From Tricharina praecox (Eukaryota), in assembly GCF_024521635.1 (NCBI RefSeq), contig NW_026250425.1, positions 496,001 through 560,000 on the forward strand: 64,000 nt of DNA, written 5' to 3'. A program made the translations under genes and the position numbers. Below, piece by piece: positions 24,612 through 36,392 of the stretch; positions within the stretch are counted from its first letter, which is position 1; every line of letters begins with the position of its first letter. The notes under the pieces are model-generated. The model searched no databases. It was not told the DNA's origin and worked only from the letters and a program-made list of their open reading frames with translations.

Positions 24612-26583
24612 CTGTGTCGAATCTTCAGGTTACCTATCAGGCTATCATGGCGACTTCACCGTAGCAGGCAAGGTTAACTTGGCATGAGTAAACTTACATA
24701 GGTAGCATTGTAGTATAGATCAGGTCTTTCACATGCTAGAGCCTGTCTGGGGAACACGGAAACACTGCCGAAACCGACGTCGTGAATCGAGGGCATAAGG
24801 TTGAAGAATCCGCTTCGTCTCGGGCCTGGAGCTGGCTTGCCGGGGGTTTCGTTTTCCAAGAAACCGTTGTGGCGGAGCGATGGAGAAACTGTCGGTGAAG
24901 AGAAGGAAGTGGAGGAGGAAGTGAAGGAGGACCCCTGTCGGCGGGACGAAGCGAATACGGTTAGTAGTAGTGGGCATAAACGTTCGCGGGCATGGCGGGG
25001 TTGACTGCTGAGCGAGGACGGGGACTTGAGCTGGCACCCGCGGGGTTTCTTCTTTGTCTTCTGCTTTCTCGATCATCATCTACAGAATAGACGATCAACC
25101 ACTATTTCCTCTTTCTTCTTGTCTGTTCTCCTTCACTGGACCGGCCGCTTCCCGGCCTGGAGAGGCATTGGCGACAGAGCCCTCACAAAACCTTGGTAAG
25201 TGATGGGAGACTAATGTATGTACACGCACGAAAGTGCTAATCCGAAGCTTCGAGGCAAAGCCACAGTCAGAACTGGCGGCATTAACCGCTCGCCCGCAAA
25301 CAGAGTTGACGATCACATACTTCCTATCGGACAATCGACCGGCATTGAATACCTCGGTGAATCGAAGTACTAAATTTGGATGTGCTGCATCAACACGCCG
25401 GCATAGAGCTCACAGGTACTTGTTTCCACGACCTCGAAGAGCACCGCAGCACCTTCATCGCGATCCGACAGCACGACAGCTCAAGCCTCTGCCTCTATGC
25501 ATAAGCCGCTGTGCTTCCCCCGCGGAGGCTCGCGCCTGCCCTGCTGCCTATCTATACATCCCGTCCCCCGCCAATCGCGATGCTGGGTTGTTGATGCATG
25601 AAGTCGAACGCATGAATTTGGCCGTCTACGTACCAAGTACCACGTACCGAGTACGTCACGGTTCAGACGGCTACGTGAGACATGCGCAGAAGGGCTGACT
25701 GAGGAAGAAGGTGGCAGTACATAACATACATACCTACATCTTACACACGGTGCAATTAAATCAACAGACACTTTTGTACGTGGATTCCAACATCAGCTCG
25801 CGATCAGCCCTTTTCCCCAACTTTCGACGAAGCCACCACTCAGAACGTACTTAGCGCAGGAAGTACCTAGGTTTTTTTTACTCGTATCTATGGCGACAGC
25901 TTTCGTTTGGTCTGTGGCTAATGCAAGGTCAGACGTCCTGCCGGAAAACAAGCGCCCGTCCGGCTGATATAAGTATGCACGAGTGATAAACCGTGAGATA
26001 GCCGTGTTCGAACCGCCCAACGGAACAACACGAGAACGCCCCTTCCCATGGGCGACAAAAGGACCTGTGATGGTTCACAGGAGCCGACTGCAATGAGTTG
26101 TTTCGGGGTGGATGTGACATCCGTTCGTCTCCCCGCACCAATCACCAATCACCACCAATGACCTCACCACACTCAGATGGTTATTCTACATAACTTCAAG
26201 GCAGGATCCATTTCTACAGCGTCTCCGAGTGGGCGTGGAACTGTAACGGTTGTCCCTTGGCGTGCGCACGATCGGATTGCTCCCTTGGGTCGTGGTGCAT
26301 GTCAATAATTCACTTAGCTAGTGGGCCGCATGCTGGAAGAGGGCGGCAAGCACCTATTTATTTGCACGTCACGAGCATGGATAAAGGGAAAGAGTCAAAG
26401 AACAGCCACTAACTACTACTGAGAGCATGTACGGGGATTATCTGCCCCCAATTCACCGAACAATAGATGGCCGCGTCGTCTTCCTCTGGTTCAAATATCA
26501 AGGCTGGCCCTCCCTTCTCTTCTCTTCTTTTTTTCCTTTTGATTTCCCGAATCTCACTGAATTAAAGGTTAATATCCAAAAAA

Positions 26584-28243
26584 ATGCCTGCGATCGCCCC
26601 GACCGCATACGAGTTTCGCTCCATGATCTCACAGCTGGAACGAGTCCTGCTGGAAGTTTACCTCCCATCGACGCACTCGTGCCGCGAACCCATCCTCCCA
26701 AGCTCCAAAGAGCTCGAGCTCGGCACGAGTCGGCTTCTAAACGACCTCCCTCAGGATGGCGTCGGGTTGACAGGAGTGACTCACCACCTCGCCTCGTCCC
26801 TGCTGCCGGCCTTCAACGACTCCTCCATCTCTCCGCACTACTATGGCTTCGTCACGGGCGGATCGACGCCGGCAGCGCTCCTCGGCGATTTCCTGGCCAC
26901 CATCGTCGACCAGAACGTGCAGGTGCACCTTCCGCAGGAAACACTGGCCACAACCCTCGAGAACCGAGCCCTCGAGATGCTCCTGGACCTGTTCCGGCTG
27001 TCTCGGACCACATGGCAGGGGCGCGCATTCACCACCGGCTGCACGGCGGCGAACATCCTGGGGCTGATGTGCGGGCGGGAGGCGCTGCTGCGCGACAAAC
27101 TGGTCTTTGCCGGCTTCGGCTTCAGCGACGCTTCGATCGCGGACATGGGGATCCTCGAGGCGTGTCTGCAAGCGCGAGTGATGGGGATCCAGGTGCTCTC
27201 GGCGGCAGCGCACTCTTCCGTCGCCAAAGCTGCGGCCGTGGTCGGGATCGGCCGCAACCAGGTCAAGGACATAGGGCTCGCCGCCACGCCGTGGGAATTC
27301 GACATGGTCCTGCTGGGAGAGGCGCTCGCCGACGGCGCAAGGAAGGGCGTCGTCTCCATCCTCGTCGTCGGCTACGGCGAGGTCAACACTGGCCGCTTCG
27401 TGTCGAACCTGCGCGCCATCCGCACTCTGGTCAATCGCTATGGGTCCGCGTGGATCCACGTTGATGCCGCGTTCGGCATCTTTGCCCGTGTGTTCTCGCC
27501 GGACGCGCGGAGGGACAGCGCCAACGGCATGTCCGACGTCGCACTGTGGGCTGCGGACATCGAGTACGCGGACTCGATCGCGGGGGATGGCCACAAACTG
27601 CTCAACGTTGTAGGTCCCCCTCCTGCTCCCGATTTTCCATTTTTCCGTGATGCACGAACCATCACTCTAACCCGCCCACCAGCCATACGACTGCGGCTTC
27701 TTCTACACACGGACGTCGGAGATCCTTCAGCAGAACCTCCGCAACGCAGCGCCATACCTCGCCGCGCCGCCCATCACCAACGGCAGCGGCCCCTTGGTGC
27801 CAAGCCCACTCAACACACACCTTGAGAACTCGCGGCGCTTCCGTGCGCTGCCGGTGTACTCCACACTGGTAGCGTACGGGGCGCGCGGGTACCGCGAGCT
27901 CGTGAAGCGGCTGGTTCTGCACGCGCGCGAGATCGCGCGCGTGGTGTACCGGCACCCTGCGTTCGAGCTGCTGCCGCGCGAGGCTGGCGTTGTCACCGAG
28001 GAGCAGGCTGTCAATAGAGTGTTTATGGTCGTGCTGTTTAGAGCTAAGGACGAGTGGCAGAATCAACTGCTCAAGGAGCGAATCAACGATACTGGCCGCA
28101 TGTATGTCAGCCCCACGGTGTGGGATGGCAAGCCCGCCGTGCGCTGCGCCGTCGGGAATTGGAGGGTTAGTCCTGAGAAGAATGGCCCGGCCGGATGGGG
28201 CGTCGTTGAGGAGGTGCTGCAATCTGTTGGGGGGATGTTGTAG
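26584..28243 (+). CDS. Group II PLP-dependent amino-acid decarboxylase family protein, 528 aa. Exons 26584-27609, 27683-28243
   Basis: SPHYYGFVTGG, AAHSSVAKAA, WIHVDAAFG, Schiff-base lysine in ADSIAGDGHKLLNV|PYDCG, LENSRRFRALPVY, INDTGRMYVSPTVWDGKPAVRCAVGNWR. One 73-nt intron. Confidence 0.92.
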
Positions 28244-28800
28244 TGGAGGGGAAATGTGGGAGATGTTGTAGATGGCAGGGAGCCGTTTGTAGTTACCTCA
28301 TGGGAGCCGTCTGAAGGACGGATACATGCTACTCTAGTAAATAAATTGGTGGGGGTAGCAGTCATACAAGCTGTCGGGAGTGTTGTAGAACCTGTACGGC
28401 GGGCAGGACTACACATGGCACCGGCGTACTAAGGCGATGCAGAATGATATAGTGGTCCATTGGTGTGTTCTCTTCCGCACGAACAAATTGGACATGCCCT
28501 TTCCATCCAACGAGTGACAGAAGTCAAATCCAACTATCATAGGCACAAACTTGCACCGACAAAAACAGAACCAGAACCAGAAAACAGGACCAGAAAACTG
28601 AAGTAGAAGCAGAGAAACCCCCTCTCACGAGTCACAATCGCCAACATGTACATACTTCATGCATATGTACATAACTACAGGAGCCCTTTCATCCCCCCAA
28701 ACCCCGCAGCCCAAAATCCCACAGCACCAAAACCCCCGCAATACCAAAAAACCCCGCAGTATGCATACCAAACCCCAAAACCCAAAATCCTCACAAACGC

Positions 28801-29160
28801 CTACCCACCCCACCTGGGTCCACCCCTCCCACTCTCCAGAAAGTCATTAATATTCCTAATCCTCTCCACCTCCAACTCCCTTTCCCTCTCAGCCCTAACC
28901 TGCCTCTTCGCCATCCTCGTCTTTCTCGGGTGGACGACTGCGCGCGCGAGCTCGCGCATCAGCACTCGCTTGCTCTTTCGTCTTGGTGGCTGCGTGAATG
29001 TGGACTGTGTAGATGTGGACTGTGTGGACTGCGTGCATTGGGAAGGTGGCAGAAGTAGGCTTTCGCTGTCGGAGATGGATGAGTCCGCGAATGGATCTGA
29101 GGCGGCGTTGTTGCGGTTGTTGTTGCGGCTGGTGAAGGAGGGGTAGCGTTTTGAAAACAT
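28801..29160 (-). CDS. Small hypothetical basic protein, 119 aa
   Basis: ATG-initiated ORF after a C-rich leader, with a charged helix-like C-terminus; no recognised domain. Confidence 0.5.
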   Translation of the reverse strand: MFSKRYPSFTSRNNNRNNAASDPFADSSISDSESLLLPPSQCTQSTQSTSTQSTFTQPPRRKSKRVLMRELARAVVHPRKTRMAKRQVRAERERELEVERIRNINDFLESGRGGPRWGG

Positions 29161-31044
29161 CGTGGATGGGGAGGTGGGGTGATGTGAGGGGGATGTGAGA
29201 TTGTACGGTATGATGATAGGGGCGTAACTATGTTCTGTGCCAAGGTCCTACGTATGATATAACGTATGTAGGGCTGAACTGAAGGTTTCGTTTGGTTTCG
29301 TTTAGTTCCCGTTCCGTTTAGTTCCCGTTCCCGCTTCGGTCGCAGGCAGGGACGCTGTTTCGAGTAGACGCGTGCGTATGTAGATCAAAATGCTATCGAC
29401 AGCGTCCGTCAGGATCTATCAGGATCTTTCAGGATCTTTGCTCAAGTTCCTGTCGAGATGGAAGGGCGAAGCATCCAGGCGGGTTGGAGGTCGAAGGAGA
29501 ATCAGCAGGAAGGTGGGGGAAAGCAAGCAAGAAAGCAACCCAAAAAAACCCTGGGAGGGCGGGCGCGGACATGGGCTTAAGTATCAATCCATGGATGCGT
29601 GGCAGCGTGGATGCGTGGATGCCAGGTTTGCTCCCCTCCCTCCTCCCTCCTCTCTCTTCTCTTCTCTTCCTCCCTTCGCTTCTTCCTTTTTCCTTTTTCC
29701 TCCGTTGATGTACTCTCGAAGTAGCGGTACCCGACCGAAAGGTTCCAGTCTTCCAGCTTAATCCAGCGCGTGATTGGACGTACCGCTGTCAGGATGTCCG
29801 GCTAATGATTGCCCCCTGATGGCACCCCCCAATGGACGTGGGTATCGATAGGAAAATCGGCACGCTTCGTGCATCGACAGATTATAGTAGAGTACTAGTA
29901 GTGAGATGTGTACCCTCAACGGGTACTCTACATACGAACAACTGATGAACTCGTTCGATTGACTACCTATAAAAAATCAAAGCAACAAGAAAGAAAAGTA
30001 GGCCTGTAAACTCCAGACCTATCAACCTCAATAAAATCTCTGCAGTGTTGATAATAATGTCTGCTGTGGTGGATAATGTCTGATGGGCTGAACAAGAGCC
30101 CGACCGACCGACTACCTGGACGAACGAAAAGCAGCACCAGCGGACATTACAACGTTGAACGACCGCATCGGGTCTACCCGCCCATATCTCACTGGCTACC
30201 TACCTCCTACCTGGCCAGGTATCATATCGTACATAAATCTTATGTATCATACTTCAACTGCCACTGCCCACCGCCTACATATCGAAATTTGACTTCACAG
30301 ACCAACACGCTGTCAAGCCGTCAAGCTGACCCGCTGCCAGGCAATCCGTCCGGCTAATTATTTGCATGATTGGCCCCCAATGATTATGGGCGAGGGTATA
30401 TACGGTATCGATTGGAGAATCGTCATGCGAGGTCGTTGACGAATTAGAGTATCTACCTGGCTACCTGGCTGGGTATCATTCCGTAAATACTCCAACTGAC
30501 CAACACCCAACTGCTAGACAACCGGACACTCGGTGTGGTATGGGGAACCTTCATGTAACCCCGCTTGCGCTGGCGAATACCGACCGGTACGGACCGTCCC
30601 AAGGGCCAAACATGCTGCGCCCACGTACCCTGCACCGCAGCGTCATCCGTTTCGCGACAGAAAACAGGGCTCCCTCGTCCCACATCGGCAACTTCCGCAC
30701 AGCCAGGTGTTTGAGATCGGGGGTTGTCACGTTGCCTGCTGCGGCTGGTGTGACCAGGTGAAACGACAAGCACGAATCATGCCGTAGTGATAGAGTACAA
30801 TTTTTTAAGCATTGTGTTGGTGAAGTATATACCCAGAGTGCCTACCTACCCATCAGGATGAGGCCGCTCGGCGGCATGATATGAAAAACGGCCGTATAAA
30901 AAATCCAGACGAAAGACCAGACCATAAACCGGAGTAAAATCCCCCAGAACGCCCAAACTCAAGATCCGAACGCAGCTCCCCCCCCCACAAAAACATACAA
31001 TCGCAAACTGGTGAAAAAGCCCGGCAAACCATCACCAACACTAC

Positions 31045-34000
31045 CTAATCTGCCGCAGATCCCGCGCACTCCTTCAGCTTCTTCAGCACGCCATCCCTCT
31101 CCCTGCGCAGCTCCGCACTGATCGTGCGCGTCCTCTCAAACACCTCCGTGAACGCCGACTTCTTATTCGTGCTCGCCGGACTCGGACTCGCTTCGACAGC
31201 AGTAACAGTAACAGTGGCCGTAGCAGTGTCAGTAGCAGTGGCAGTAGCAACCGCAGCAGCCTCCATTTCGAAAGCTTCAGAATACTCCCCGACGTGTCCG
31301 CCCTGGAATCCGCCCTGGAATCCGCGCTGCCCACCGTGCCCATCCTGCGCACCCTGCCCATCTGTTGTGCCATGACTCGACGCCGACTTACTGCGCCTCT
31401 TGAACCTGGACCAATCACCGAGCTTCCTGCCGATCCTCGAGGTCCTCGTGGAACCCGCCGGCAGCGCTCCACTCATGAAGGCCGGCCGCGTTTTCCCCGC
31501 AACGCCGTACCGCTGCGTCTTCTCCGCTGCCCGGCGGTTTCTGAAGTCCTCCAGGGCTGCGGTCCAGCCTTCGTGCCAGACGTCGCGGAGCACTTGCTTG
31601 CCCTTGCTGTAGAGGAAGGATAGGTGGCGGCGGCCGCGGCTGGCCGTGTATGTAGACTTGGATGACGCCGCATCGGTAGGCGAGGGAGTCACGTTTGCTA
31701 GTTCGGGGAAGCTCGCTGACTCGAGGTTCGGGGAGCTTGCGGTACACTTGGTGCCCAGCACGTGCGAAAATGTGTTTCGACGTTTGGGTCGTCCCTTGCT
31801 GCTGCTGCCCACCGGGTTGGAAGACTCAAACCCATCCAGTAGACTGCCCACCGATGCTTTACCAACCGATGCTTTACTAACCGATGTTTTACTAACCGAT
31901 GCTTTGCCATCCCTGGGCTCTCCGTCGGAGATCGGATTGCCCTTGCCATTGAGAACGCTGAAGACGGAACCTCTACTTGACCTGCGAGGTGTCCCAATGT
32001 TTCCCGGCACAGTGTTGTAACCATCGATTATAAGTCCTCTAGAGGGGCCGGCGGACGTGGTCGCGGTATGCGGCATAACAAGGGAGTAGTCAACATCCAA
32101 CGGGCGGCTTCTCAAGCTTCCCGTAAGAAAACACCTGTTTTCCATGGTCGACGGCCGCGAGTCTGCACCCGCAACGGGCCCTATTTCTAGGCTATTCGCA
32201 CGGTGGGGTTTCAAGCTTGGGCGCCTCTTCCGCAGTACATTTCTGCCAATCGATCCCGTCGGGTTCTGATTTGCCGGCATCGATGCCTGTCCAGTAGATC
32301 GCTTCGATTGCGTCCCGAAACTTGCCATGCTTCTCTTACTCTTTTGGCTGGAGTGGCGAGTAGTAGTCGGATCAATATTGAGCATTCCCGCATCGAACGC
32401 AAACTGGTCGGGAGTGTATGGTCGCTCCGACGCTTCGATCGTGTTCAGGAAACCGAAATCGTCCACCCGTTTTCGCTCTGCAGGGGTATTGGGAAAGAAT
32501 GTACCCTCTATAAACTGATGTGCGGCTATAGGTGACTCTGGCACGCTTCCGGGGCCTCTTGGTGAGCTCAGAGCACCATCAGCTTGGGTGAAATGTGTAT
32601 CGATGGTTAACGGACGGGTGTTCGAGATCCCCCTCGAGATGGACGACGGTTCGGAAGAGGAATTCGAGAAAGCGGTGATGTATCTCTCGGCAACCGGACT
32701 GATCCCCGTGACACTACTGTAGCTGGCCCGCCGCGTTGTATTCGGAATCGGAGGAATGGTTGGGTCTGGTAACTTGGAATAATGTGATGATGTGCGGCTG
32801 GTGAGAGGAGGACGCGCACGTCCACCGGATCCCAAGTCTATATTCGGTATCACACCGCCATGTAGTCTTCGAAAGGCTTCGGTGGAGTAGTCGGTTGAGC
32901 TGCTCTTACTCCTGTTCACCCGATACCTGGATCGATCAATCTGACCATCCACGCCCATCTGACTGGTAGCTGTAGAGGGCCGAGGATCTTTCATGGCTTC
33001 CGGGGTAGTTCTGGACATATCGTGGTGGTCAGACTGACTGGAGTGGTTCCTGTCTAGAGGATATGAGAAGTTGTGTTGTGACTTCAAGTCGCTCCTCGAA
33101 CTATGGCTGGAATGAAGCGAATGCGTTCCTTGTGCCATCGGACTATTCGGAAGTGGTGGTAGTCCCTGGACGGAATGGGTGGAATACTGGCCAAGAAGCA
33201 GATCGGAAGTAGAAACGGGCGGCACAGCATATGCATTCCTGCGGGATGGGCCAGAAACCGGAGGAGACGGACCGGGCCGGGTGAGAGGTGTAGTCGGCTC
33301 CGGGTATAATGCTCGTGATTGCATCGCTGGCCGTTCCATCACGGCCGACATGCTGGATCCAGCGTGAGCGGATCGCCTATAGGAGCTTTCAGATCCTTTG
33401 GACGGCCCTGGGGCACCAAAATGTTCCGAGCTGGCCACTAACGGGTACGGATATCTCGTCCCGTGGTCGGCAGGGAAGCTATATGCACTCTGTGCGGAAC
33501 GCCTTTCCGTAGCGGGGGGACTAGTAGACGGGCGTTGGGGTGTCTGTGGCCGACTGGACGGACCTGGAGAGCTCTCGCCCAGCTCAACAGGCCCTATGGA
33601 GAATTCCGACCCAACGGGATCCGATCGGAATTGCTGCACCGTGCTACCCGTCTCCGGAATCCACTGGGCCCAGTACTCCTCACCCGTAGTCAAACTGCGC
33701 CTGTCCCTTGAGCGACGTTTGCCGTGTGCACTCTGAGATGCCCCACTACTCGATCCCGATCCATGTCTTCTGTGTTCGTTCACTCGTGATGATGACGGCG
33801 TATGGCTCCTCTGTGACAGTGGGGAGCTGGTCTGAGAGCGTATGTTATGGCCAGTGACGGCAGCGGCGGTGGCGGTAGAAGGCACCAACGAGTGTTCCGA
33901 CAACGAGTGGAATCCTCTCCGCTGCAGCAGCGACGGAGGCGAGACGGTCGAAGTACGGACACCCACAGTTGCGGCTAGGGAGCCCGTCGTGGACCTCGAG

Positions 34001-34065
34001 CTCGGCGTGGCACTCGGCGAGGCACTCTGAGAGCTGCTCTCGATGTTATGCGAGTTCTCCGACAT
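31045..34065 (-). CDS. Hypothetical Ser/Pro/Arg-rich, probably disordered protein, about 1006 aa
   Basis: 3-kb uninterrupted ORF; first ATG at 34065 (MSENSH); no recognised domain. Confidence 0.8.
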   Translation of the reverse strand: MSENSHNIESSSQSASPSATPSSRSTTGSLAATVGVRTSTVSPPSLLQRRGFHSLSEHSLVPSTATAAAVTGHNIRSQTSSPLSQRSHTPSSSRVNEHRRHGSGSSSGASQSAHGKRRSRDRRSLTTGEEYWAQWIPETGSTVQQFRSDPVGSEFSIGPVELGESSPGPSSRPQTPQRPSTSPPATERRSAQSAYSFPADHGTRYPYPLVASSEHFGAPGPSKGSESSYRRSAHAGSSMSAVMERPAMQSRALYPEPTTPLTRPGPSPPVSGPSRRNAYAVPPVSTSDLLLGQYSTHSVQGLPPLPNSPMAQGTHSLHSSHSSRSDLKSQHNFSYPLDRNHSSQSDHHDMSRTTPEAMKDPRPSTATSQMGVDGQIDRSRYRVNRSKSSSTDYSTEAFRRLHGGVIPNIDLGSGGRARPPLTSRTSSHYSKLPDPTIPPIPNTTRRASYSSVTGISPVAERYITAFSNSSSEPSSISRGISNTRPLTIDTHFTQADGALSSPRGPGSVPESPIAAHQFIEGTFFPNTPAERKRVDDFGFLNTIEASERPYTPDQFAFDAGMLNIDPTTTRHSSQKSKRSMASFGTQSKRSTGQASMPANQNPTGSIGRNVLRKRRPSLKPHRANSLEIGPVAGADSRPSTMENRCFLTGSLRSRPLDVDYSLVMPHTATTSAGPSRGLIIDGYNTVPGNIGTPRRSSRGSVFSVLNGKGNPISDGEPRDGKASVSKTSVSKASVGKASVGSLLDGFESSNPVGSSSKGRPKRRNTFSHVLGTKCTASSPNLESASFPELANVTPSPTDAASSKSTYTASRGRRHLSFLYSKGKQVLRDVWHEGWTAALEDFRNRRAAEKTQRYGVAGKTRPAFMSGALPAGSTRTSRIGRKLGDWSRFKRRSKSASSHGTTDGQGAQDGHGGQRGFQGGFQGGHVGEYSEAFEMEAAAVATATATDTATATVTVTAVEASPSPASTNKKSAFTEVFERTRTISAELRRERDGVLKKLKECAGSAAD

Positions 34066-36392
34066 GAATCGACTATAATCGCCCACCAGCCCGCCAAACC
34101 GTCAGCCCATGAGTTCGAGAATACGGTAAGCTGCAAAGCCACGGTCGACGTATGTGATTAGTCGTGCCTTTGCGGATCCCTTGCCAATCAATGTGAGATG
34201 TTTGAAGTTTCCGGACCGCAGCCCCCCCGTCTCGAGTGGCCTGGGCAGCAGGCACCTTGGGCGGATAAGGGTGACAGCCGGTGAGTATGTGATAGAAGAT
34301 AATGACGGGCTACAATCGGGAAGAAAAGAAAAGGAATTCACTAATCACGGGTAGCTGGACGATTGGACTGGGAGTTGGAGGGGAGGGCTCTGGAAAGAAT
34401 GAAATGAGTGAAATAGGTACAGCCAGAGTAGATGCGATTTAGAGTACCTAGACGAGGAATGTTTACTCTACGTTGACCTGGTAACCGGACCGGCTGGATT
34501 GTGTCCTGCCATGGGAACTACAATCGGAGCCCCTGCCTTTCCTTTTCGTCTTTCTGCGTCACTCGCGAGTCGCCGGCTCCTCTTTATATTCTGGCCTAGG
34601 TAGACTGGCTCATTCCAGGCTTGGCACCACCATAGCTATCACCATACGCCCGTCTTGTACTGAGCTTCTTTCTCTTCTCCAAGCAATCAATATCATCTAT
34701 TATCTCAGTATACTCTCTCCCATCGTATATCCACAACACTCGATCCTGCCCTACATCGCCGGAGGTCATTGCGGGGTCTGTCGGAATAGCACTTGAAGAG
34801 CGGCGGTAATGGCAGACGTGGGCGTTCGAGCTATGATGGCAACTTGATCCATACGGCGTATACGATAGTTGTCCGTCCTTAACTATGGGCTTCTGCTCGG
34901 TACCTACTAGTATATGCACGGACCACACCTTTTGATGCCGAACATATGCAAGCTCATCATTTCTATCACTCGGTTTCTGGATCCCCGAGTACTATGCTAA
35001 CTACTAGTATATTCTACAGTATTCGAGTGGCTACTCTTCTTCCCCTCATTCATCCGGCCCTCACCCCCACCTCTTCCCATCCACTTGGCCTCCTCCACCA
35101 CATCACATCACGACGTCCGGGACGCTACTAGGCAGTGAAACCTCGACCGTCCCATTTCGGAGTCCGGACCGTGTTCCATTTTGCCTCCAGACTCCAGACT
35201 CCAGAGTCCTTTCGGTCATGTGTGCCGCTTGCGGTTCCACCGCTCTGGTAGGTAGTGGATCATGGATGAATCATGAGATTGAGAGCAAGAGCCGGTCGAG
35301 TCTTGACATGTCACATTACTTGTCTGGTATGCGTTTGTTGGCCTACCTAGCGGCTGTATCCCAATCGATCACACTCACGCACACGTGGGTCGGGGGAGAA
35401 AGAAAGAAAGAAAAGGAAGAAAAGAAAGAAAGATGCACTTGAAAGTTGCATGATTACTTCAGCTACATACTTTCAGCTTAGTTAAACTTTTGAGGGAAGC
35501 GAGAGGGCCGAGAGGAAAGTAGGGAAAGCAAGGGGGGGACTCGGGAGTTCTTCACTGAAGGACGTTTTGATATGGTCAGCCCCCACGGACTACGGACCAT
35601 GGGATACGCAGGATTGACGTGATAGGCGCGGTGTTCGTGGGGTGGATATTCTAGGTACTGTACCTACAGGATGTACCGGCTGGTCCTACATACTGGTAGA
35701 AGTATGTCCTATGTGTGAATGACAGTTGTCGGAATACCCACGATAGCAGTCCGCAGTGTCCACGGTTGCATAGCGAGGCATCTGTCTTCTCTTTACTCAT
35801 TGCCCGGCCACTGCTCGACCGTCCAGTGTCCATTTGCTGCCGGCTTTAGATAAGCTAGTAGATGGTTACATCTCACATACACCTCACGTGCTCAAGGCGT
35901 ATCAACGTTCCTGGCTGCATCGGCCGGCGGTGGCACACGAATACACGAACCCACGCTAGAGAGGAGATCCAGCTGGAACCAACCGGAGCGGATTGCCGTT
36001 GCGAACTCCAATGTGATATTCCTATTCCCTGGGCAGTGGGCAGTGGGCGCCATAAGCGAGAGAGCAGCAGACGCGAGGGGCCGGGGGGTGGGGGGGGGGG
36101 GGGGGGCAAGGGAACTAAGTGACTGGTGGGGTGGCATGGCAGCCCGGCTGGGGGAGGGTGGGAGGGATGGAGGGGCAGCTATTATGGACTTGTAATTTGT
36201 GTGTTCCGTGAATATCACCATTGGCCTCTCTTCTGCATAGTGCAAAGGTAATCGCACGAGCGGCACGGTATCGTGGCAGCTTTTGGCCGTGCGCATATAA
36301 ACCCACCCGCCTCCCCTCGATGGCACCACAGCTTGCACCATCCCCTCCGCCTCGTCAACCGATCGATCACCCACCCGACACCCTCTACAACC

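Noticed and set aside
11814..28243. MBL hydrolase plus PLP decarboxylase as a biosynthetic cluster
   Set aside because: About 13 kb apart, separated by unrelated genes, with no backbone enzyme, transporter or regulator.
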